Part shown: in pieces, positions 53,108 to 64,000 of the stretch
Layout of the letters: each line of letters starts with the position of its first letter
How positions within the stretch are numbered: the stretch's first letter is position 1
Assembly (NCBI GenBank): GCA_964016885.1
Contig: OZ024741.1
Span: 193,068,001 to 193,132,000 of the forward strand
Direction of reading: 5' to 3'
DNA length: 64,000 nucleotides
Source of the DNA: Eledone cirrhosa
Taxonomy: Eukaryota
Position numbers and translations under genes: made by a program
The notes under the pieces: generated by a model
Database searches by the model: none
Told to the model about the DNA's origin: nothing
Seen by the model: only the letters and a program-made list of their open reading frames with translations

Positions 53108-54787
53108 AGCATGGAATTGTTTAATTCGTAGCAATCTCCTTCTTTATTAATCCCCCGCCCTCGAAGTGTTGAAGGGCCATTCACCGGTCTGCCCTAAACT
53201 CTGCAAGATATGCTGAAAAATTCACCAAGAATATCGCTAATCGACATGAAATACAAATTGCGTTTCAAAACCTCTATAACGTTCAAAAACATGCTTTTGT
53301 TGTAGGAGTTTGTGACGAAATGTAGTTTGAATGCGATATTTAAAGGAATAATGCCTATCGTTTAGTGGTTTGGTCTACCTACTTGTTTTAAACTGTACAG
53401 CAATTCGACAAAAATGGTGGTGTGTTGATTTTGGCTTGTCAATAATTTCACTAGATTAGAGGCTACATCAAGATACTTTAAATACTAGAGCAAATATATT
53501 TAATCCATGCTAGTCATATTTGTGCCAATGGTTTGGTTTAATCATTAATTAATCATAAATAAATAATTACTGTGGTATGTGGATGAAAATGTAAAGAAAC
53601 GGATTAAATTCCTTCAGGCATTTAATTATATTCAGTTAAATATGTTTACCTTCAGTGTTCAACAACCTGCTGTGTTCGGCAGCGCCTTTCATCATTCTAG
53701 AATCGATAAAATATATGGTTTCTGATGTGATTCCACTGGCATGTTAAGCAAATGATTTCCCCCATATCTCCAGGTCGATTGAAGCCTAGTGAGTGATATT
53801 TTGTCAACCGAAACCGTGTAGAAGCTCGTCAGATGAATCGTTCCAGAACTTGGGCGGTAAATTTAATTTGACGTTTAGTTTAATACCTGTCTGTCCTTTG
53901 GGTGCCATTAGTGGAACCCACCCTGTTGCAAGCATTAGGGTTAGATTTCAAATTTGAGGATAACATTTACTTTTCCTTCCTGCTGTGCTGGAGACTGAAA
54001 AAGGTTATGAGTGATGTCTCTTTGCCTCTGATTAAACCAATTAAAAGTATCAGTTAAATATTGGCAGTCGTCTCAATGGATTGATAAACTTTCCTATAAA
54101 TGTTCGTCCTCGTACCTATATTTAAAGTCAATAATAACTAATTCATAATTGATTTCCTTTCTGCATGCTCATTGTTGAATATACAACTGCTACAATTCAT
54201 GCCTACTTACTGGTATTAATTTCATAGACCCTGTAGTCACGAAATTTAATGTCGACTATGGTGGGATTTGGACTCAGGATAAACTGGGACAGAAAGGGAA
54301 GCCAAAGTTTCACATTTTTCACTTTCTGCCAACTGATTATTTTCTTTTTAAATTCTCTTCCCAATTTCAATAACCTTCTCTGGTTTATCTCATGCCTCAG
54401 TTGCACGAAACGGATGAAGAACAGTCTCACTCTGTACTAAACATTAGTCCACCTCGGTCAATTTCCTGCTATTACTAGCCTACAGCTCACTCCTTAAATT
54501 CGCTATCCCTGCTTATAGTGATCAATCTTATTCTACACAGTGTTATCCACTTAAAGCTACGTGGAATGAGCGGTCGAATGTCGACGAGGGGCACCCAGTG
54601 GAGTGTTTATCACACGATATGAACCACCGAACTAATGACTTTCTCTTGATCACCCTTAATTCAAACACAGATGCTTACTCTTCCTAGGAGCAGTAGATAC
54701 CATATCAAATGGGATTCAAACAAAGACCGTAACTCACTAATCGGTTTACCTTGCTATCACCACACAGCACACCTGATAGAATAATGT

Positions 54788-55470
54788 GTTTTTTTTTTTA
54801 TTAACCACACAAAGCTTACACCAAGAAAACATTAAAAACGGCACAGCACGCTGCAATGTGAGATTTTGCATTTAAAAATGTGTTTAACAAAACAACAAAC
54901 ATGCAAAAGCAATTCAAACAAACGAAAACACCCATTAGAGGGAAGAATTTTAAGATTCACTCAGAAAAGGCCCAGAAATAACCACGGCCACTCTGGCCGT
55001 TGGGACAAGTGCCTTCTCCCAGTTGTGATTCTTCAATCTATAGGCGTATACTCAGAGAAGGCCATTCTCTCAAACCATGCTCACCACTCCCATTCATTTT
55101 TTAATGCATTGGTTGGAAGCAGCACTTCCCTTTCCGTTTCGATTTTCCTCCTCAAGTAAAATTTGAAAAAGTTAATCAGGGCTTCGCCGAAAAGAAAAGT
55201 CATTGTCCTCAACCATTTCAAGTCAGTCCAACACACGACCTCTTTCATTATAAGCACCAGACAGATAAATACAGCCCGCTCTTCCTGTCTAAAGGATGGT
55301 GATGGGGTGATCTTCACGGGGGATTCACCTGATAGTTGGATCCGTCCTACTCGTAACGGCCGGTGTTTGACATATACCCACAAGTCAGCAATGCTTGGAC
55401 ATTGGATGAGTGTGTGCAGGACGTTGATTTTCATCGACGCACAGAGCCTTCCAAAGAACATTGTCACTTT
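54788..55470 (-). mobile_element. L1/Tx1-clade 3' fragment with poly(A)
   Basis: LHTLIQCPSIADLWVYV..INFFKFYLRRKIE; GTGGTTAATAAAAAA end. Confidence 0.8.
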
Positions 55471-55564
55471 TACCCATCATTATCATTCTATAGAACACCA
55501 AAATGAGCTTAATTGTAATTCATCGTTTCCATACACGTTAAGGTCATCTATACATAGTAAATAA

Positions 55565-57225
55565 TTAACTTTCTGTTGCTTTCCCTTAAAATCTTATCCA
55601 GCCGTCACTTATTTCAATGTCATAGTTTCCGGAATCATGGATAGTACAAACAGATGTGGTGACACGCTGTCACCCTGGAATATTCCCCACTTGATATCTA
55701 TTGTGCCCAAGATTTGCCCATAACATGTCAACTCTATGTTCTATTTACCTCTGATATTCTTCACAAACTGTTCAATGTTATTTGCAATCCCAATCTCATG
55801 CATTCCAAGATCCGCAAACGAGGAATTAAATAATTGTTTCTACTTTAGGCACAAGGCCAGCAATTACCCAGTGCCTTACTGGTACTTTATTTTATCGACC
55901 CCGTAAGGATGAAAGGCAAAGTCAACCTCGGCGGGATTTGAACTCAGATCGTAAAGGGACGTAACTATGCTGGAAAGCATGGCGTCCGACCCTCTACCGA
56001 TACTACCAATCCACCGCCAACGAGGAATTAAATAATATGCATTGCAATGTTCTATTCATGACATTGTTATTTTTTGTTCTTTTTACAATCCCTAAGCATT
56101 GTTTTGTTCACTAAAATTTGATCCTTGGTATCTCTGCATTTTTGTCTACTCCCTTTCTTTTCCTCGGGAGAATGTTATTCTCTTCCAAGTGTCCATACAC
56201 CTCACCAGCAATGACCCCTGGTTGCAACTTCCATGAAATCGGTCTAGTTCACAGCATTACCTTTTGTAATATCTTTCAAGTATAATATTGCTTTATCACT
56301 CTTAACTAATAAATATATTAAGTTGCTCTTCTGTGACACTCAGTAAATCTTTTCATCCAATATCCTTGTATCCCATCTGACCTTGATGCTTTCAAATGGC
56401 TCATTTTGTTGCTGATTTCTCGATGCTCCGTGATGCAAACTATTATTATCATTATACGCTTGTCGCACATCATTTGTTGCTGGTGATGTAATTCTGGTGC
56501 TAGCTGTCCATAGTCAGTGGACTTAGGTGGTTCCATCAATAGTCAAGCCCATTTCTGAGTATCATGGTTGTTCTAAGGAGTGTTGTTTTCTGTAAGGTAA
56601 CCACCATGATGTTGGTGCTATTCAAACTTTTCTGCAATTTTTTTATCCAATATCCCTGCACTCTGTCTGAGCCTGGCGATATCCAGTTGCCCATGCGTTT
56701 ACTTATGTATCGAATATCTTTAAACCATTCAACCTCTTTGATGAGCTCTTCCTTTTTACTTTAGATATTACTCCAAAACTGTTTACATATTTGTTCATTT
56801 GGGATCAACACTTCTGCTAATCTCCTATTAATTACCTGGGAGAACTCATTTTGGTCCATCCATTAATTCACTGCTCATATCTGGAGATCTTTGTTTTCTT
56901 TGTATTCACACGTTGTTGTAATTCTTCTAAGACAATCATGAGTCCCTTTCTTTCTGTGTCATATTTTCTCTTCACTCTTCACTTCTGTTCATTCCTAAGT
57001 TCGTCTTTAGTTTTTCTGTCTAGTACTAAAATATCTTTCACGACAGTTTTAATGCTTTGCTGCATTCTTTTCCACCACGGCACAGTGTGTTTTAGTTTGG
57101 TGGGGTTTTTTTCTTTTTTCGATTTCTTTATTGCTACTCCCATATTCTCCGCTACAATGATATTTGCCTCCCTGAGCAAAGTATTGGTCTAAGTAATGTT
57201 ATCTGTAAGTACTTCAGGACTTCAT
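55565..57225 (-). mobile_element. old decayed R4/Dong-like LINE RT region
   Basis: VPWWKR, KASRSDGIQGYWMKRF, DIKWGIFQGDSVSP; interrupted by a SINE. Confidence 0.75.
55835..56018 (-). mobile_element. tRNA-derived SINE, copy 3
   Basis: Homologous to 753-935; 18-bp TSD AACGAGGAATTAAATAAT at 55817-55834 and 56019-56036. Confidence 0.92.
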
Positions 57226-57229
57226 TCGC

Positions 57230-60200
57230 ATTCAATGTCTCCGCAGCACAGCACCAGAAAAATCAACTGACAAAGACAACATTAACACCAGTGCCACCGC
57301 CATCTTAACAACAACAGCAGCAACAGCAACAGCCACAAAGGACGCAAAGAACAACAACTGTAACAGCAGCAACACAGAAGAAAAAGCTAACAAGATCACC
57401 ACCACAACTAGCACCACAACCAACAACAACAACAACAACAACAACAAAATCAAGAGTAACGACGAAACAACACTGCAAACAGAAGCAGCCGAAGCGAAGG
57501 CTGCCAAAAATGTCGAACGCGTACACGTCAGTGACACGGAGATGATGCAGGCCAACATGTTGGTAAACTAAAAACCGGACACAGGGGAAGTCTTACCAAT
57601 ACACCTAATATAATGAAAAACGGTTCTTGTGGTCGGTTTGCTACCGCACAATTGGACTAAAGTCGCGCCGGGTAGAACGGGAAAACGAGTCGAAGGTCGA
57701 AAGGGCTATGGGTGCCATCTAGGCACAGAAAACCTACATAGACCGAGGGTCGAAGTATGACATAGTGGATGATCTCTTCGCTACATCCGAAAAAGGCAGA
57801 GCACACTCCATCACGCCACTCCGCAGAGACGAAATAGTCATGATGGCCACATACTGCGGCCAGAGAGTCGCAAGGCTCCGAGTGATCCAGATTCTGCCCT
57901 CAGTGGAGATCGCTTGGGTGATGGCAGCCCTCCTCGCTGACGTCGACGAGTAAACAACAATCATAGACGTCATACGGATAAGACAGGAAAACTGGTCAGG
58001 CTCGGGGATGGAGCTAATCATCCAAGCAGACCACGAGAGCATAGAGACCATCCCCGATGTGATCGACCTGGACGACTGCAGCAATCTACCCATGACTGTC
58101 AAAAGTAGGCGCCCAGGGTATCACGGGTGCGGTGACAAGGCCTTCTGTTCCAAACTCACCAAGGCGAGCACGCCTTCCCCCTTCTCACCCCGCCGTGCCC
58201 CGCAACTGCAGTGGCCAAATCTCCCGAGAAAAACTACCAACACCAACAACAAAAGTACCATCTCCTCGACCACCAACAGCACCAAGAGAACCAATAGAGA
58301 GCATTCCCCTACCCGATATCGTTAAATCGGACAAGGAGTGTGATGACGCTGAAGGTGGAAAACCATCCCAGCAAAAGAAAAAAGGAAAAAACTCCCAACC
58401 TTCGCCCTCAAAATAAAAAGAGGAAGAAAAAACAAAAAAAATGTAAAAGTCAACGATCCCACCACCATCAAAACCACCACCACCGGCACAACCACCACCG
58501 CCACAACCACCCCCACCACAACCACCACCACCACCATTACCATCTACCCATCGTCACCTCCAACAACACGACAGCATACACAGCCATAGACACAGACAAC
58601 ACAAAGCTTTTAAATTACATTCAACACCACACCAACATCACAGAAACAAACTACGTATTGTCCACCAAAATTGCACCCCCACACATAAAAAAAATAGAAA
58701 TCACACAAAAAATTTACATGACATTAACAAAAATGCTCCACACATCAATTGGAGACTACAGAGGGAACATCACCAAAAGAACATTCGTGGACTTTCTCGT
58801 GGAGAAACCCGCCAATGGATGGATCACCCACCCACTTCCTGAAAAAGAGCCACAGGTAAAGCTTTTTTTTTTTTTTTACTTTTCCTCTCTCACTTGTTTT
58901 CCTCCTATCCTAGCCAACATGGCTGCTCTCAGGATAGGTAGCATAAATGCACGTCGTCTGGGGTCGTTTTGGAAGCAGGGCCACCTGCCCAACGATCTCA
59001 GGTCGCTAAATATAGATGTGGTAGCCATCAGCGAAACCAGAATTTCCGAGGCCCGGGCATTCGCACCCATTTTCGGCGGCTACGAGGTGTACACATCTCC
59101 AAGTCGTCCCGGATCTTGCGGGGAGTGGCTGTGTTGTTCCGGAGAAGTCTAGATTTCGAGATATGCGGAAGGTAAGTTGGACTAAGAAGGTACGTTGGTG
59201 GTGCTGGACGTGACCAGCGGTGAAGAGCTGGTTTCAGGCTAGTGGCCGTCTATACCCCGACAGGGGCAGGACCGTCTGAATTCTTCCGGCGACTGAAGAA
59301 CTTACTTGGAAAGTGACGCTTATTAGTGTTAGTGGGCAACTGGAACGGGATCTTAGATGCAGGCTGGGACTGTGTGGGATTAGTGGATAGGGGAGGAGGG
59401 TGTAAAAGCCTCGCAAACCTGCTCAGACGTTTCCAACTGTCTGATAGGTACCGTTTGGATTTCCAAAATGTGCCAATGTGGACTTGGACAAACCGTATCG
59501 GGTCATCTAGATCGGCCACTGAGGCGGAGTGCTGCGAAAAGCCGATAACAGCTTCTGAAGTACGGGAGGCAATGGCTGGCTGCACAATAGGTAAATCGCC
59601 TGGTTTGGAAGGTCTGCCCTATGAAATTTACGTACATATGCCAGACTTGTTCGGAGACTTCTTGGCGGACGTCTACTGCAACTGGCAGCAGAACGGGAGA
59701 ATTCTCAGCTGTGTGAGCCGAGGAGCGGTGGCGCTATGAGAAAGGATCCGAACAAGGGGGACAACATAGATAATTTCAGGCCCATAACTCTGCTAAACAC
59801 AGAGCTCAAGATTTTGGCCAAGGTGCTAGCAAAGAGGTTGGCGCTTGTCTTCAGTGGTCTTGTAGGAGAGGCGCAGCCATGCACAATTCCAGACAAATCC
59901 ATCCACAACCTCCACCTCATGTGATACATCGTAGAGAGGGTAGTTACGGAACCTGGCACGGGTGGGTCCTTGATCAATTTGGATCAGTCGAAAGCTTTCT
60001 ATAGGGTCCACCATCGTTATCTGGCGGCAGTCCTGAGGGCGGCTGGCTTTGGGCCCGTCTTCAGAGGCTGGATTGTTGCCATGCACGGCGACATGTGCTT
60101 TGTGTGGTGAGAATGAACAGTCACATTTCGGAACCGTTCAACATCATGCGCTCGGTCCGCCAAGGATGTCCCCTCTCGTCCCTGTTGTACGTATTGACTC

Positions 60201-61890
60201 TGGAGCCATTACTGCACAAACTGGAGACGTTGAGGGGCGGCGGGGGGGGGGGGGACTTGGAGGCGGAAAATCCGTGTCAGCATATGCAGACGACGTCACC
60301 GTAGAGTTGTTGAACGCCAAGCACATCGAGGCGAACGGCACCAAACTAAAAGAATACGAGGCGGTGACAGGAGCAATGATAACCAGGAAAAGTCGGTGGG
60401 TTGCACCTCGGCACCTGGAGAGGCAGGTCTATGCCGTCCAACAGCCTCGTCGGGCGCTGGACGGACAAACCGGTTAAATTGCGAGGGGTCTGGTTCGGTC
60501 CGGACCTCCAGACGGACAAAAACTGGGACGAGGTGACGATCAGAGTGGCCTCTCTCACACAGAATTGGGCCGAGAGGAAGCTATCCCTGACAGGTCGAGC
60601 AGAGATGATGAATGCCTACATCGTATCCGTCATCTACTACCACCTGACCATCGTGCCTTGCCTAAGACTCGCCTGACTGCGCTGGAGCGTTTGCTCTTTC
60701 GCTTTTTGTGGAAGGAAGAGACGTACTCCGATGGTCAGGTGGTCCATCTGCTGTCAACACCCGCTACGCGGAGGACTAGGCATGCCGTGGCTGATGATGC
60801 GCAGATATGCGCTCAGGCTACGACATCTCCACCTCTTCCTCGACTGTGATCAGGTGTGGTCGCCGTTTGCTAGACGCGTCTTTCCCCAGCTCGTCTCCTT
60901 GACGGAGTAGCAGCCCTGGGTCAAGCGAAGACCGAGAGGGAGCGCTTGGAGACTGGAATATCTTCAGGCGCATGCAACCCTCGACCAGTCGGACAATGCG
61001 ATCGGTGGAAACTCCACCTAGGCGTTGTATAGAGGATTAGTGGAGGGAAAGAGCGACGACGTCCTTAGGGAGGCTCTGGCCGTCGACGAAAATGAACTAG
61101 TTAATCTCTTCGGGAGAACTGTCGGGCCGGGGCTCATGGACAACTTTCAGAAATCCCTGGCCTGGCAGTGCTACCGAGGAGCTTTGCCAGTTCGGGATAA
61201 ACTCTACAGGCATGGAAGTGCCGTCAGCTGGGCCTGTCCGAGATGCGAGCAGGGCGAAGAAACCGTCCAGTGTCCGAGCATTGCTGATTTGTGTGTTTAT
61301 GTCGAACACCTGCTGTCGCATGTAGGACGGATCCGGCTATCAGCTGAGTCCATCGTGAGGATTTCCCCACTGTCTTCCTTTAGCCGAGAAGGGCAGGCAG
61401 TTTTTATTTGCCTGGTGGCCATGGTAAAAGAGATCGTCTGAAAGGGTTGAAGACGGTTACTTTCCTCTTCGGCGATTTCCTCATTAACTTGTTCAGGTTT
61501 CACCTGAAAAGGCAAATCAGGGTGGAGAGGGAAGTGCTGCAGTCCAGCCAGTTTGTTGAAAGGTGGGTGAGAGAGGCAAGAATGGCGCGTGTGAATGGGC
61601 CTCCCCTAAGCGTGTGCCTGTAGCATCGTAGGAGGAAAACTGGAAGAGGGCACTTGCCCTATCGGTCAGGGTAACCGTTGCTTTTTAGTGGGCTTTCTCC
61701 ACGAGCGACACTCAGAAGCTTCCGCCCTATTGGGGAATTTTTCATTGTTTCTTTTTCTGTTACATCCTCAGTATTGGGGGTTTTTTACACGCAGAAATGC
61801 CCGTTTGTACTGTCCTGTATTGTTCTGTGCTGTCCTTAATGTTATACGTTGTGTCAACCCTTGTGGTTAATAAAGAAAGCATTATTATTA
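57230..61890 (+). mobile_element. L1/Tx1-clade LINE, near full length but pseudogenised
   Basis: ORF1 remnant with RRPGYHGCG knuckle relic; ORF2 from ~58919 MAALRIGSINAR; KSPGLEGLPYE, NFRPITLLNTELKILAKVLA, QGCPLS, YADD, CPRCEQGEET; 3' AATAAAGAAAGC(ATT)n. Confidence 0.9.
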
Positions 61891-64000
61891 TTTTTGTTGT
61901 TTGAGTCTCAGTCATTGATGTTATTTAACTGGAAAGTTTGTTGAAATGAATATCAAGCCACTACCTTCAGCCGCAGATATTCAGGACGTATCGGAGGGTT
62001 CTTGCTGTTCCCAACAAGCATGCCTTTTGAAGTGTCCCAAAAAGTGGGGCTGGACTAATTTTCTCTAACCATCCTTGGAAACTCTTTGAGATAGTACCCA
62101 GGGCGCCTATGACAATTGGGACGACTTTGACTTCATGGCAGTTCCAAATTCTTTTTACCTCCCACTTTAAGTCCTGGTATCGGTTAATTTTCTCCCTCTC
62201 CTTCTCTTGCACTCTCGTGTCGAATGGGCAGGCCACATCCACAACCAGGCACGATCTTTTTTCCTTGTCCAAAACCACCAGGTCAGGTCTATTGTGTTTC
62301 AGTTTCTTGTCCGTCTGTATCCTACAATCCCACAGCACCGTCACCTGATCGTTTTCTATCACCGACTCTGGCTTGTGCTCATACCACGTCTCAGAATGTG
62401 GTAAATTGTTTACTTTGCATAGGTGCCAGTGGATCACCCTGCCTATCACATCATGGCCCCAGCCTTTATAGTGAGTCTGGGCTAGGTGTTTACACTCGGA
62501 TACAATGTGAGCCACAGTCTCCTCTCTCTCTCCACAAATCCTACACAGTGGGCTAGCCTCCTCCTTGTAAATATGGTGTATCAGCCACTTCGTGCTGAGG
62601 GCCTGCTCTTGCGCAGCCATGAGCATTCCTTCTGTAGCCTTTTTAAGGTCTCTTCTTTTCAACCAGTTCCATGTCTGTGGATCTCTAAATTTAGTTTTCT
62701 CAAAGAAGGTAGTATGAAGGGATTTTTCATGAAGGTTGCTCTTCCTCGTTGTTACTTCCTGCTTGGACATCCCCTGGTCTATTTTCCTCTCCTTCAGTAC
62801 AATTCTGAGCATTGGCTCCCTACTCTCAGTCATGTATTTGTGTAGGTTGTTTTTCTCCATCTGAACACAGTCCTCTATGCTGATAAGACCCTTTCACCTT
62901 CAGATCTCCTTAAGTAGAGTCTATCGACATCACTCCTCTTGTGGAACATGTAGATAGTCAATAGCTTCCTAGTCTTCCTATCCATTTCTTTTTGTTCAGC
63001 AACATTCCATTTCAGAATTCCCGCACAGTACCTAATAGTAGACACAGCTCGGGAATTCACTGCACTTATGACATTCCTACTGTTCAGATGTGATTTTAAT
63101 ACGCTCCTTACTCTATGAATGTACTCAGATCTTATCAATTCCTTCATTTTTTTGTTCTTGATGTCATCTGCCCTCAGTACATCTAAATATTTGTATCCTT
63201 CTTCAGTGTCAATTTCCTTTATCATCTCACCTGTTGGTATCTGGGTTCCATTGTTTCTGCTCAATTTACCCCCTCTTCATCACGAGGACTCCACACTTAC
63301 TAATACCAAATTGCATACATATATCATTGCTGAAAATACGGACAGTGTCAACAAGTACATCCAACTCCTTCTCACTCTTCCCGAAGAGCTTAAGATCGTC
63401 CATGAAGATGAGGTGATTGGTGGTAAGCTCTCCTTTTCCCAACTTGTATCCTGCTCTCACTTTTCGCAGTATAATGGTCAGGGGTATCAAGGCAAAGACA
63501 AACAACAGAGGGGACAAACTATCGCCCTGGAAGATACCTCTCTTGATCTTTACGCCTCCCAAGGATTCTTCACCCGATGTTAATTCTGTTTCCCAGGACT
63601 TCATACTTTTGCTCAACAACTGTCTGATGTTATCTGCCACCTTGAAGATCTCTAGGCTTTTGGTTATCCAAGAATGAGGTACCATGTCGAATGCCTTTTT
63701 GTAGTCTATCCATCCCATGGCAAGACCAGTGTGTCTCCTCTTGCAATTCCTCATTACCATCTTATCAATAAGTAACTAGTCCTTTGTACCACGGGACTTC
63801 TTTCGGCATCCTTTCTGTTCGTCCGGTAACAAGTTGTTTATGAGGAGGTGATGGTAGATTTCCTCAGACACAATGCTTGTTAACAGTTTCCACATTACGG
63901 ACAGACATGTGATAGGTCTATAGTTGGTAACATCATTTCCCTTGATTCGGTCTTTCATTACCAGAACTGTTGTACCTTTTGTCGACCACTCTGGTACCTC
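61881..64000 (-). mobile_element. R4/Dong-clade LINE (RT + CCHC + REL endonuclease), continues beyond window
   Basis: NYRPITCL, WIDYKKAFDMVPH, RGIFQGDSLSPLLF, FMDDLKL, CRICGEREETVAHIVSEC, HNRPDLVV..VDVACPFD..EKINRY; 3' end in (TAA)n; one stop and frameshifts near 63265 and 62870. Confidence 0.95.

Noticed and set aside
53620-53890. Old SINE-like traces (GCCTTTCATC..TCGATAAAATA; GAAACCGTGTAGAAGCTCGTC)
   Set aside because: Too degenerate to set boundaries or family

Overview
AT-rich, microsatellite-dense animal DNA made almost entirely of transposable-element debris. The SINE families and repeat load suggest a cephalopod such as Octopus, which is an inference. There is no intact host gene; only one weak candidate exon was seen. 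Contents: (1) about 10 Penelope-like element (PLE) remnants of at least three types (Hydra-like, Naiad-like, Neptune-like); (2) four L1/Tx1-clade LINE copies; (3) three R4/Dong-like REL-endonuclease LINE pieces; (4) RTE-type fragments; (5) a decayed autonomous Helitron and a non-autonomous one; (6) tRNA-derived SINEs; (7) a 99-bp Tc1/mariner-type MITE; (8) a ~3-kb direct segmental duplication. The most notable signal is non-coding. There are more than a dozen type I hammerhead ribozyme motifs from many unrelated pLTR families, several with unusual architecture: no stem II, ~75-95-nt stem II domains, U at the cleavage site, or U4 substitutions. Some sit in near-perfect fold-back palindromes that carry one ribozyme on each strand. 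A cluster of ~600-bp non-coding RTE-derived elements with a conserved, structured, ribozyme-like 5' end sits in an (ACAT)n array next to a REL-type LINE end. All folds and family assignments were made by eye; none was computed or searched, and boundaries of decayed elements are approximate.
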